From assembly GCA_965198235.1 (NCBI GenBank), contig OZ240248.1:2496001-2560000 (forward strand): 64,000 nucleotides of DNA, in the 5' to 3' direction. Under the pieces are notes generated by a model. That model saw nothing but the letters and a program-made list of their open reading frames with translations, did not search any database and had not been told where the DNA came from. Origin of the DNA: Candidatus Poribacteria bacterium (GTDB lineage Bacteria; Poribacteria; WGA-4E; WGA-3G). This document shows, piece by piece, positions 52,179 to 62,233 of this stretch. Positions within the stretch are counted from its first letter, which is position 1; the number at the start of each line of letters is the position of its first letter. A program made the position numbers and the translations under genes.

Positions 52179-53234
52179 ATGGTTAAAAAATTGTTTTACT
52201 TTTATCTTCTAATAGCAATTCTCGTTCCAGCGACAACATGCCTCGCGGCGGACGAAGGTGCACATGCCGCCGAATTTCTCAGCCACGGTGTAGGTGCGCG
52301 TGCCTTGGGAATGGGCGGGGCATTCGTTGCCATTGCCGATGACGCAACCGCGACTTACTGGAATCCCGCTGGACTTACTAAAGTCAAGAAACATAGTTTC
52401 TCGGCGATGTATTCCGATACCTTTAGCACTGGAGACGGGAGTTGGCTCAGCAGAGGCTTAGTTACCTACAACTTCGTCAACTACGTCTATCAAATCGAGG
52501 ATATCGGCAGCATCGGTCTGAGTTGGATCCGACTCGGCGTTGACGATATACCACGCACGACTTTCATTGATGTCAACAATAACGGTTTCCTCGGCGATTT
52601 TCAGGATAAAAATGGCAACGGCATCAAAGAGGACGGCGAACCCTATATCGACAAACCTGAAGTTGCCGAGTATTTCAGTAATACCGATAACGCTCTGCTC
52701 ATCTCTTATGCACGTCAAGTCCACTCTATGGCAGCTGTCGGCGGCAACCTCAAACTCCTCAACCAATCCATTTTTGAGAACAGTGGAAACGGTTTTGGTA
52801 TTGACATTGGTCTGATTGCGGAGCCTTACAAAGGTTTACGAATTGGTGCAATGTTATTAGATGCAACGGGCACCCAAGTCCGTTGGGATACTGCCGACAC
52901 ACCGACGTTCACACGCACGCGCCGACTTCGATTTGGCACAGCTTACCACTTTGCCGTTCCACGTCTCGGTAAAGGGGCTATTGGCGCGGATTTTGAAACC
53001 GACCAAGCCGATCTGGAGGTAGGCGGTGCTGGCGGTGGACTCGTTCTTCGCGTAGGCGCGGAATACTGGCTCTTCAATACCCTCGCACTCCGTGGGGGCT
53101 GGAATGGACATGGGCTCTCTGCAGGTGCCGGACTCCGCTTGCGGATAAACGCTATGTCGTTTTTCGTCAACTACGCCTTCAACACCCACACCCTTGGCGG
53201 TTCACAACGAATCTCTGTCTCCGGCGAATTTTAA
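52179..53234 (+). CDS. PorV/PorQ (UPF0164)-like outer membrane beta-barrel
   Basis: GVGARALGMGGAFVAIADDATATYWNPAGL; GAEYW; C-terminal Phe. Confidence 0.85.
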   Translation: MVKKLFYFYLLIAILVPATTCLAADEGAHAAEFLSHGVGARALGMGGAFVAIADDATATYWNPAGLTKVKKHSFSAMYSDTFSTGDGSWLSRGLVTYNFVNYVYQIEDIGSIGLSWIRLGVDDIPRTTFIDVNNNGFLGDFQDKNGNGIKEDGEPYIDKPEVAEYFSNTDNALLISYARQVHSMAAVGGNLKLLNQSIFENSGNGFGIDIGLIAEPYKGLRIGAMLLDATGTQVRWDTADTPTFTRTRRLRFGTAYHFAVPRLGKGAIGADFETDQADLEVGGAGGGLVLRVGAEYWLFNTLALRGGWNGHGLSAGAGLRLRINAMSFFVNYAFNTHTLGGSQRISVSGEF

Positions 53235-53302
53235 TCGTCCCGTACCTCACAGATACCTCGTAAATCTAATTTTCGCTGTAGTTCCCAAAAGTGCATCCAT
53301 GA

Positions 53303-53460
53303 ATGTGTATGAAGGGATGGCAAAGTCCCCTGGCGAAGCAGTATGGCATTCACGGGGTTCCGTCCGCGTGGCTCGTTGACAGAGAAGGCAAATTAATCTC
53401 GTATGGGGCGAGAGGGACAACGTTATGGCAGCTGGTTGCAGAAGCGATGAAAAATGACTG
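53303..53460 (+). pseudogene. C-terminal remnant of a TlpA-like thioredoxin
   Basis: GWQSPLAKQYGIHGVPSAWLVDREGKL..ARG, with no CxxC-containing N-terminus. Confidence 0.65.
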
Positions 53461-53587
53461 GCTGATTAACTCCCGATTGCCGAAAGCCTTTGCAGAGACC
53501 TTGCAGTTCGTGGGGACGGGTTGTCGGATTCTCCGCGGGTGTTTCCGCGACTTCGCGAATAAAAGGCGTAAGAAACGATGGATCGTC

Positions 53588-56500
53588 CTATCTTTGAGAT
53601 AACTCGTTGTGATATTCTTCCCCAAGGTGTCTGTGAAATATCCCGTGCTGTTGCGTCGCAATATAAAGTCTGTCATTGCTGATAACGAGAGAGAGAACTT
53701 TATCAGGCACACTCGGAGAGATTTGCTCCCAGCGTCCACCCGTATCTAAGCGATAGACACCCATCTCGCCAGCACCATAAACCGTCATGGTGTCCACAGC
53801 AAACCTGTCCATGACGATACGCTCACCCATTCTATCGGTTAGCACGCGCCAGGATTCTCCGTTCTGTGAAGTCAAAACACCTTTGTCGGTGGCGACATAA
53901 ACCATTGAACCCGCAAAGACGATCTCGTTGAAACCAGAAAAGCGGAGTGGAAGACTCGATGTAATATCTCTCCAGCTGTTTCCACTATCAAATGATTGGA
54001 ACAGTCTACCTTCCCGCTTTCCCACGTAGACGGTTTCCGCTGAAACTGCTAACTTGAATCCTTTTCTCGAATCCTCACTCGACTGTTTACCGAGATCTAT
54101 AAGTCCTATGTTTGTCCATTCCGGATCGCCAGGTTTCCATTTGAAAAGCCTTCGTTGATGCTCTATGTAAAAAGTTTCACCACTAACTGCAAACCCACCG
54201 ACTTTTGCAAAGGACGCAATATAGGACAATGCCTTTCTTAACTTAGGATCTTTTTCCATATCATTAGGCAAGTAGATTTCTTCTGCCTCTGCTATAACTG
54301 TTACCAGTTCGTTGGACAGCATTTCTCCTTTGAAAGCGGGTACTTCTTGAATAGGAGCGAGTACATCACCCTCTACAGATAGACGAAAAACACGCAGATT
54401 GTATTTTTCAGGAATAATCCCATAAAGACCTCCATCTGCACTCACTATCTTTGAATTATAAGAGAAATTGATGTGAGAACGCCCCTGTTCGATTGGTTCA
54501 AATGTCTGTTCATTGGTATCAATGCGAACACTTTTCCATGATTCACCACCGTCGGTTGATTGGACAATATCACTACCCGTATGGTACATAGAGCTTATTG
54601 TTGAAAGTTACCAAACCCTGCATCCTCGTTCCCACGATACCATTCGTAAATGGATGCCATGAGGCACCAGCATCGATCGTGCGATGAATTCCAAACTCCC
54701 CGGCTCTGTAGAAAGTATTTTCATCAACCGCTACAACTGGAAAGATATTCTGTTTCACTGAATCTGTGTCTAATCCTAAGTTCGTCCATATCTGTCCCCC
54801 ATCATTTGAACGGAAACTGAGGACGGCATCTAAGACCAAAAGCCTCTTACCAGAAACCAAGATTTTGACACTACGCGGTGCCCGCATGACAGAAGATTCA
54901 TTTTTAGGTGTTATCTCAGCCCATGATTCTCCTAAGTCGGTTGAGTGGAAAATCTTCCATGGGGGTGTCTTGTCTTTACTTACTATTTGTATCGCATACT
55001 TTCCACCTGTTTTGGGTGGTCCTAATACAAAAGGATCGGAGCCCATTCCAACATAGAGATTGTTTCCCATTTTTGCTAAGGAGTGGACTGCATTGGATAC
55101 GTCCACCGGCAATTGCTCCCATACATCCGAATTAAGGCGATAGAGACCTTCATTTGTGCCAGCAAACACTGTATTTCCAACTGTAGTTACTGCATAAATG
55201 CGTTTGCCCGACAATCCTTCGTTTAAAGGTGTCCACTGCTTGCCACCATCTATAGAGTGAAAAATACCATTGTCTCGTAAAGCCAAATACATTGAAACAA
55301 GACCTTGCGAACTGTTCTCTTGTGTTTCACCCCTAATAACGAGTCCAACGGCATGTCCTTTCGGACGGGGAGCTAAAGCGTTCCACGTCTCTCCATTATC
55401 AATTGAAGTAAACACTTGATTAGGATAGACGATATAGAGCACGCCTCTATGCTCAGTCATGGGCATTCCGAATCCTCTGATGGGTGTGTTAACATCGATC
55501 GGTGTCCACGCAGCTGCATCTGCTGTCAATCTGTAGATATTGGTTGACGTAGTGGCATAGACTGTGCCGCCAGATGTAGCAAAGATTTCAAATACAGGGC
55601 TTCCTTGTGGTCCACTTGCCTGCGTCCATTGCGAGGTAGAGGATCTGAACGAATTGTTCTGCGTATTCGGTGCCAAGACCTTCTCAGAAGTCCGCAGACC
55701 GACACCAGTATTTTCGCTCAGGGCAACATCCCTGCCAGTCTGCGTTCGCACCGCCGATTTTGAATCAATAGCAAGGGTAATCGGTGTATCAATGATTTCA
55801 ATCGTGGGTTCAGATAGTGCCTCAAAACTATACGGCTTTTGAAAACGGAGGAGGTATTGATTGCTTATACCCAGCATCAAGAGGAATACTAATACTGTCG
55901 CTGTCCCAAAGGCTACCCACGGGAGCAAGGGTTTCCCAACCGGAGGCGGTATTGGCTTCATCTCAGCGACTTGCCGCATAATGTTCTGCGTCAAACCCGT
56001 GGATATATGCACACCGCCGAGAACTTCCTGAACCAAGAGTTCTTCTTCCTGTTCTAAACGCTTTCTCGCACGCTGAAGTCGACTCGTAACGGTGTGCACT
56101 GACACACCTAAAAATTTGCCTATTTCTTTGGACTTCATTCCACCGAGATAGTAGAGCGTTATCACAGTGCGCTCACTCTCTGGCAGTTTTTCCAGGAGAT
56201 TTTTTACGAGGCGATAGCGACGCTCAGTCGCTTCTGCCTCTCGCTGCTCTAACACATAGTGGTTGTAAGAGGAGTGTTCGATTTCTTCCATTGGGGTGGA
56301 TGCCAGCGATTGCATCTTAGATTTGGTCCGTTGAATCCAATTAATGCAGAGCCGATTCGCAATGACATACAACCATCCGGCAAACTGACTTGGCTCCTTT
56401 AGGGTCGAGAGGTTTTTATAGGCGTTTAGGAAGGTGTCTTGCGTAATCTCTTCAGCATAGTGAAAATCGCCAATCTTTCGCCACACGAGCGCGTGGATAC

Positions 56501-56591
56501 CCTTCTGATACTTTTCAACTAAAGTACTGAATGCCGTGTCATCACCAGCCAAAATTTGGTTGATTAATTGAGCATCATTTTCTTGTTTCAT
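53588..56591 (-). pseudogene. ECF sigma factor fused to TM and BNR beta-propeller sensor; frameshift at about 54584
   Basis: Sigma regions 2 and 4 (AEEITQDTF, FAGWLY, LPESER, SRLQRAR), a TM helix and S.D.G.TW repeats. One extra C in GTA-C-CAT splits LYVHTGSDI into ORFs 54573-56591 and 53588-54589. Confidence 0.8.
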
Positions 56592-56618
56592 GGAACGATC
56601 CTAACGAACAGAATAGTT

Positions 56619-56802
56619 AACCTAAGTTGCCACCTTTGTAGCATAATCTTTTAGATTGGGTTTTCCATGTGTGCGCAAACTGAAAGTGGACGCTACAAAC
56701 CTCTACGGATATTGTCCCGCAAGCCTCTATAGGCTTGCGCAGACCTCTTTGATGAAAAACGGCATCTGCATACCTAAAATCTTGTCCGTGGCAACTTGGG
56801 TT
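56619..56802. mobile_element. MITE with 15-bp terminal inverted repeats and target-site duplication
   Basis: AACCTAAGTTGCCAC / GTGGCAACTTGGGTT (14 of 15 match), flanked by direct repeats ATAGTT. Confidence 0.75.
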
Positions 56803-56955
56803 ATAGTTATTATATGCATATTATAATGTTAAAGACACAATTTTAGTCTAAAAACGTGCCTAACGCCAAAAAAAGAAAAAAGCACTTGAAATTATGGAAA
56901 AACTTTCTGAAGTAGAAACAAACTCCAAACGCCAAATGTCTCAATTACATTGTTT

Positions 56956-57621
56956 CTACTCAGGCTCCCATCGGAACTTCGTTTCCCGTTTTCCGCCGAT
57001 ACTTTCAAGTTCTTCACTAATTTTCATTGTCTTTTCAATGAGAAGGTGCTCATTACTGATAGTCTCAACGTTGAGTCTCAGTAAAGGCTCGGTATTGGAT
57101 TCTCGGAGGTTGAACCGCCAACTGTCATACTCCAGGCTATCAGAATCAGATGGGCAACCATCTGTGAGAAACCTGACCGATAAACCGTCAATTGGTGTTT
57201 CAATGCAAGGATGGTTTCCCAAAGAGCGTACCGTCTGTCGGATCATTTCCATTGCGTCTTGGATATGCTCACAAGTTTCAAGCGAGAAGTCAGTTACGAG
57301 AACATCACCATTCAGCACAAAAAACGGAAAGGTGTGGATATGCTTCATAGCGTTGAAGATCGCACCGCCTGTGCCGAGTTTTTTATTTTCTTTGGCGTAG
57401 CGGATGTGCATACCTTCGCGGTAGACCCCAACGTGTTCACAGAGCAGATTATGCAGATGCCCCGAAGCCAAAATAGTCTCTTTGACACCTACCTCTTTTA
57501 GCAAATTCAGTTGCCAGTCTAAGACAGAACGTCCACCAATTTCCAACAGGATTTTTGGAATTTTTTTGCTGAGGTTTCCGAGTCGCGTCGCTAAACCGCC
57601 ACACAAAATAACTGCTTGCAT
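56956..57621 (-). pseudogene. In-frame fusion of nucleotidyltransferase N-half and phosphomannomutase domain IV (likely deletion product)
   Basis: ILCGGLATRL..PK..LGTGGA..NGD, then DGLSV..WRFNLRESNTEPLLRLNVE. Confidence 0.7.
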
Positions 57622-57955
57622 GGTTTCCTTTTATTTTCCTTTACAAGGAGGAGTGGCAGCAAAAAACCGCCACATCCGTTGGTATTGACGAAAATCCCAG
57701 AGTCTATAAGGCATATCCATTGATAGTTCCCTTTTGGAGAGACTCTCTGGAAGGTTTTCAATTAACTCATGAGAAAGTGAATCTGTGCTTCTTTGGGAAA
57801 TATATCAAAACCTGAACCTATGCAGGAATGAATCCTAACTTAGACAGAATCACTTTTGCTTTCCTCAGCATACTGATTTGCATGTGTTTCTGCATCAAAT
57901 GGCGGCTATGCAATTCAGGTTCTAGGAGTTTCCGTCTTTCTTTTCTCGTCTATGT

Positions 57956-58213
57956 TTAGGATGGCACACATACACTATCTGAGTGTATACAAGTCCCCCC
58001 TGAATTCCACTTTGTACACCAAACTACGCAAACTTCTCCTTCGTCGCAAACCACAGTGCAACCAACACTGGCACTAACCGGTGTAGTAAACATTATTTCG
58101 GTTAACAAGAAACTCCCAATTCCTACAGTTAACACCAGCGGTGCCTTGACACCAGTTTTGCCTTCCTCAGATTGCAAAAATGTATGAATCTTACGACGTA
58201 GATTTTTCTTCAT
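57956..58213 (-). CDS. Putative RiPP/secreted Cys-rich peptide precursor 1 (6 Cys)
   Basis: AAAGGAGGT RBS; leader shared with two paralogs; core SVGCTVVCDEGEVCVVWCTKWNSGGTCIHSDSVCVPS. Confidence 0.75.
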   Translation of the reverse strand: MKKNLRRKIHTFLQSEEGKTGVKAPLVLTVGIGSFLLTEIMFTTPVSASVGCTVVCDEGEVCVVWCTKWNSGGTCIHSDSVCVPS

Positions 58214-58381
58214 TCGAGTTCACCTCCTTTCTCTTATCAGTACTTTCATTTCCAGAATGAACAACTTCCATAAGAGAACAGACCTTCTGGAAATGCTTGA
58301 AAACAGATACAATCTCAGCAGTTCTAACATTTTGAATAATATCACTGCTAAAGTGTTTTCAAGGTGATTAAATCTAAAACA

Positions 58382-59383
58382 TTATTTCCTTTTCACTTCT
58401 GCCCATTGTGTGGTTAGCAACTGCGGGCGGGGCGATACAGACAATGCATACGCCGGATCAAACCAACTCCCGAGATGGTGCGCGAAGCCGACATGTGTCA
58501 GTTGTATCGGCTCTCCACCATTGAGTGCGATTTTGAATACTTGTAGGCGAATAGGTCGCACAGCATCAACATCATCTGCCTGAACATAAAGCAGCTCTTC
58601 TCCATTCGGAGACCACGTAGGGTTGACAGCTCGTGGACCCGCTTCATCAATAACTTGTTGGAGACCCGTGCCGTCACGGTTTACAACATAAATTGTCTCT
58701 CTCTCAAAATCCTCACGTCGAAGTTCAACTCGATTCACCCACGAAAATGCGACTTTGTCGCCACCTGGAGACCATTCAGGAGACCGGACCCACATTGGGG
58801 TTTTGGGGAAACGGAGGAATGACTGTTTTTTCGTCTGAATGTTGAGCAAACTGATACGTCTCGGTTTGTCAACGGCTCCACTGATATAGGCGATTTCCGT
58901 GCCATTGGGAGACCAGGTAGGTGTGCCACCAATAGCCACCTGCTCCTCCTTTCCTCCATTTATCGCCCCGATGTACAAGAACCACGCGCCACGCTCAAAC
59001 CGAGAATAAGCAATCTGTTTCCCATCTGGAGACCAAGTTGGAGACCCTCTATCCGCTGATTTTTCAAACACCTGTTGGACGTTTTCACCATCTGGATCCA
59101 TCAGATACAGGTCCCAACCCTCGCCCCGATCTCGGTCGGAAGCAAAAAGAATCTGTTCACCAGTGGGAGAAAAAACAGGTCCAACATCATCTGCCTTGTG
59201 CTTTGTGAGATTCACCTGTTGTGTGCCATCTGGATTCATAATGTAGATATCTCGATTACCGTCTCGGTTTGCCGCAAACACAATTTTGGCAGTCGCCGGT
59301 GCTTTCCCTGACACTAAACAAGTATTCGCGCTTAACAATACAAAATTTAAGAAAAACAGTAGGAAAAAATGTTGACGTTTCAA
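58382..59383 (-). CDS. TolB-like PD40 beta-propeller, secreted, with C-terminal TTQW tail
   Basis: P.WSPDG repeats; DIYIMNPDG; ends VSPRPQLLTTQWAEVKRK. Confidence 0.88.
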   Translation of the reverse strand: MKRQHFFLLFFLNFVLLSANTCLVSGKAPATAKIVFAANRDGNRDIYIMNPDGTQQVNLTKHKADDVGPVFSPTGEQILFASDRDRGEGWDLYLMDPDGENVQQVFEKSADRGSPTWSPDGKQIAYSRFERGAWFLYIGAINGGKEEQVAIGGTPTWSPNGTEIAYISGAVDKPRRISLLNIQTKKQSFLRFPKTPMWVRSPEWSPGGDKVAFSWVNRVELRREDFERETIYVVNRDGTGLQQVIDEAGPRAVNPTWSPNGEELLYVQADDVDAVRPIRLQVFKIALNGGEPIQLTHVGFAHHLGSWFDPAYALSVSPRPQLLTTQWAEVKRK

Positions 59384-59611
59384 GGGAAATCCTCCGAAAG
59401 CGGAAGGGGTTCAATTCCAAACCATATCGTCTGAGTCTATACTCCCCATCGTTCAACTGATGATACAGCCCCTCCTATTAAAAATCGTGGAAACTCCAAT
59501 GATTCTGCCTCCACCTCCAAATCATTTTAAGGTCGTAAAAAAATTGCAGTCTGGAATGCTGGAAATGTTGCTCAATAATATGCCAACACTTCCAGCAAAC
59601 ACTTTAATCAT

Positions 59612-59838
59612 TTAGCCACTTACACAAGTACCTACTGGATCACAGAGATTAGGCGGGTGCTTGCACTGGTTATTATCCATACAAGGTTGTGCCGCCGCCT
59701 CTGGTGCTCCAACAATAACCTGTGCAAGCAGGATACTACCAGTCGCAACGCCGAGGGTCAATGGGGATTTGACTCCCACTTTGCCTTCCTCGGATTGAAC
59801 AAATTCGCGGATTTTACCACGCAAATTTTTTTCTTCAT
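59612..59838 (-). CDS. Putative peptide precursor 2 (4 Cys); ATG out of frame owing to an A7 tract
   Basis: AGAAAGGAG RBS then ATG AAG A7 TTTGCG; the conserved NLRGKIREF lies in the -1 frame; core QPCMDNNQCKHPPNLCDPVGTCVSG. Confidence 0.7.
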
Positions 59839-59845
59839 CTTGTTT

Positions 59846-60031
59846 TTTCTCCTTTCTGCCGGTGCTTCTACTCCAGCAAGATTGGATTCCCAACTCTGAT
59901 TGGGAAATCCATTTCCAAGACGAATACTATCGCTACGGGAGTGAAGCCTTTCCCTTGGAAATGCTTGAAAACAAATATAACTTTAGCAAATCTGAGATCT
60001 TGAATAACATTACTACCAAAGTGCTTTCAAG
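59846..60031 (-). ncRNA. Conserved structured 5' leader of peptide genes (related copies 58247-58363 and 61503-61620)
   Basis: Several hairpins with compensatory changes and G-U pairs that form only on the minus strand. Confidence 0.55.
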
Positions 60032-60049
60032 GCGATTAAATATAAAACG

Positions 60050-61027
60050 CTATTTCTTTTTTACTTTTCCCCATTGTGTGGTTAGCAACTGCGGTTGTGG
60101 TGAAACCGGCAAAGCAAACGCAGGATCGAACCAATCGTCGGGAACATTCCAGATACTAATATCTGTCAATTGCTCAACCTCTCTCCCGTCCAATGTAATT
60201 TTGAAGACGTGTGTCTGTCTTATCTGTTTTAAACGTCCTCTATAAACGAGCGCGTCTCCACGTGGTGACCAAACCGGTGCAGCAGCACCCACACCAGGCT
60301 CACGCACAAGTTCTTGGAGACCCGTTCCATCACGATTCAGCGTATAGATCTCCCCTTCATCTTGAGGTCGCTTTTGATGCCACATAAAGGCGAGCCTGGT
60401 TCCGTCCGGTGACCAAACAGGCTCTCTCGCTGTGCTGATGTCATCGGGTGGGAAAAAATGCTTCTGTTTTCGCGTGCGGACGTTCAGAATATATATGTTC
60501 AGGCGGTCAGGTGCTACCCTGACGACATAGGCGATTTCTGTCCCATCCGGAGACCAATCGGGTGTGCCGCCAATCGCCACGCGTTCCTCGTTTTTCCCAT
60601 CACTTGTGGCGATATAGATGTACCCTACACCAGCATCAAAGCGTTTGTAAGCGATCTGTTTCCCGTCAGGTGCCCAAGTTGGATGTCTTCTATCCGTTGA
60701 TTTTTCAAATACCCGTTGGGTGTTTCTACCATCCGGATCCATCAGATACAGGTCTGAGCTTCCAGGAAACCTATCCCGATTCGAGGCAAAAAGAATTTGC
60801 TCGCCAGTGGGTGAAAATACGCCACTAACATCAGCTGCGCGATGATTGGTTAGATTTGTCGGTTGGCTTCCGTCCGGATTCATTAGATAGACTTCCATAT
60901 TTCCATCACGGTATGTGCTAATGATGATTTTTGCAGTTTCGGGTGCTTTTGCTAAAAGAGGGCAAACACTTGTAACTAACAGTGTGAAGTTAAAAGCGTA
61001 AGAGAGAAGCAATAGCGTTCGTTTCAT
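60050..61027 (-). CDS. TolB-like PD40 beta-propeller, secreted, with C-terminal TTQW tail
   Basis: Paralog of 58382-59383; WSPDG repeats; ends VSPQPQLLTTQWGKVKKK. Confidence 0.88.
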   Translation of the reverse strand: MKRTLLLLSYAFNFTLLVTSVCPLLAKAPETAKIIISTYRDGNMEVYLMNPDGSQPTNLTNHRAADVSGVFSPTGEQILFASNRDRFPGSSDLYLMDPDGRNTQRVFEKSTDRRHPTWAPDGKQIAYKRFDAGVGYIYIATSDGKNEERVAIGGTPDWSPDGTEIAYVVRVAPDRLNIYILNVRTRKQKHFFPPDDISTAREPVWSPDGTRLAFMWHQKRPQDEGEIYTLNRDGTGLQELVREPGVGAAAPVWSPRGDALVYRGRLKQIRQTHVFKITLDGREVEQLTDISIWNVPDDWFDPAFALPVSPQPQLLTTQWGKVKKK

Positions 61028-61261
61028 GAAAAATCCCTCCTTATTTGAGAGCGTAATTCAGATCTGTTAGAAGAAGTATGCCATGGATCAATCCAAAGAG
61101 CTATGGCTTCGTCAGATTTATCTTGACGATTGGCAGTTTACTACACAAGATGCCCGCATCAAACCTAAACGACTCTATTCGTCAACAGATGGTTGACAAA
61201 GCACTAGCGTGTCGTGGCAAAATGCTATCACGCCCTAGGCTTATCTCTCAGCTTCCCTCAA

Positions 61262-61495
61262 TTAGGGAGTTTCGCAACTGCCGTGGTGTTCTAAGCAGTT
61301 AAAAGGAAAAATATGCTTACAATCCTCATCATCGTCGCACGGTGCTCCCGCCTCAACAGGTGTTGTCCCAACGATTGCGTTTGCTAATAGAACACTACCC
61401 GTCGCTACACCAAGCGTCAGCGGTGCTTTGGCTCCCACCTTGCCTTCCTCAGATGCGAGGAACTCACGGATTTTACCGCGAAGATTATTTTTCAT
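61262..61495 (-). CDS. Putative peptide precursor 3 (4 Cys)
   Basis: AGAAAGGAG RBS; conserved leader; core GAPCDDDEDCKHIFPFNCLEHHGSCETP. Confidence 0.75.
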   Translation of the reverse strand: MKNNLRGKIREFLASEEGKVGAKAPLTLGVATGSVLLANAIVGTTPVEAGAPCDDDEDCKHIFPFNCLEHHGSCETP

Positions 61496-61696
61496 CTTAG
61501 ATTTTCTCCTTTCTGCCGGTGCTTCTACTCCGGCGAGATTGATTTCCCAACTGAAGTTGAGAAACCCATTTCCAGGGCGAATACTATCGCTACGGGAGTG
61601 AAGCCCTCCCCCTGGACATGCTTTCTAATGGCTTTTCAAAAGGCTTATCATCTTTGTTGGTTGTTTGAACGGTGTTATCCAATCCGTGCCTTGTAA

Positions 61697-62230
61697 TTAT
61701 TGGCACGGTGTTCCACTTGCACGCAGGAGTTGATTGGCTTGGAATTGATGTCCATCAACGAAAATCGTCGGAGAGGCACGAACGCCGAGTTCCGCAGCGC
61801 GCTTGATGTTTTCTCGGAAAAGCTGTTCTGCTTCCGAACTGTCAAATAATTCCTGAATCTTCGCCACATCAATGCCGAGTTTCTCTGCACACTTTTCCCA
61901 ACTCTTGTCCAATTTCTTGCCCCGACACAAAATGTAGTCGAGGTACTTCTCAGGATACTCTTGTGCTATCAGGAGTTGTCGGATGTTTTCCGCTACTTCG
62001 GGATAACCGTGAAGGCTCGTAAACGGTGTTATGTCTTGTGCGGAAGGTTCCGCCTTCTCCTGCGCAATAAATTGAAGTTTGAAGTCGATTTTATCACCAA
62101 ATTCCTTCACGATCGGAATAATCTTTTCTTCCGCTTGAACGCCATAAGGACAATAACTCATGACAAAGAGTTCCAGTGTCGGTTTTCCCATACGTGCCGT
62201 GCGAGAGGTCAAGAGTTCCTCCAAGTTCAT
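61697..62230 (-). CDS. GILT/DsbA-like thioredoxin-fold protein
   Basis: LELFVMSYCPYG, SLHG..E, two further Cys and cis-Pro ASPTIFVDG. Confidence 0.75.
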   Translation of the reverse strand: MNLEELLTSRTARMGKPTLELFVMSYCPYGVQAEEKIIPIVKEFGDKIDFKLQFIAQEKAEPSAQDITPFTSLHGYPEVAENIRQLLIAQEYPEKYLDYILCRGKKLDKSWEKCAEKLGIDVAKIQELFDSSEAEQLFRENIKRAAELGVRASPTIFVDGHQFQANQLLRASGTPCQ

Positions 62231-62233
62231 CGG

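Noticed and set aside
59839-59893. Upstream TTG start for peptide 2 given by the ORF track
   Set aside because: It would translate the RBS and hairpin region; paralogs start at the ATG after AGAAAGGAG.
57956-61495. Peptides as Flp/Tad pilins (F..SEEG resembles the Flp leader)
   Set aside because: They lack the Glu+5/Tyr+6 Flp motif after the Gly, have Cys-rich tails, and no tad genes are nearby.
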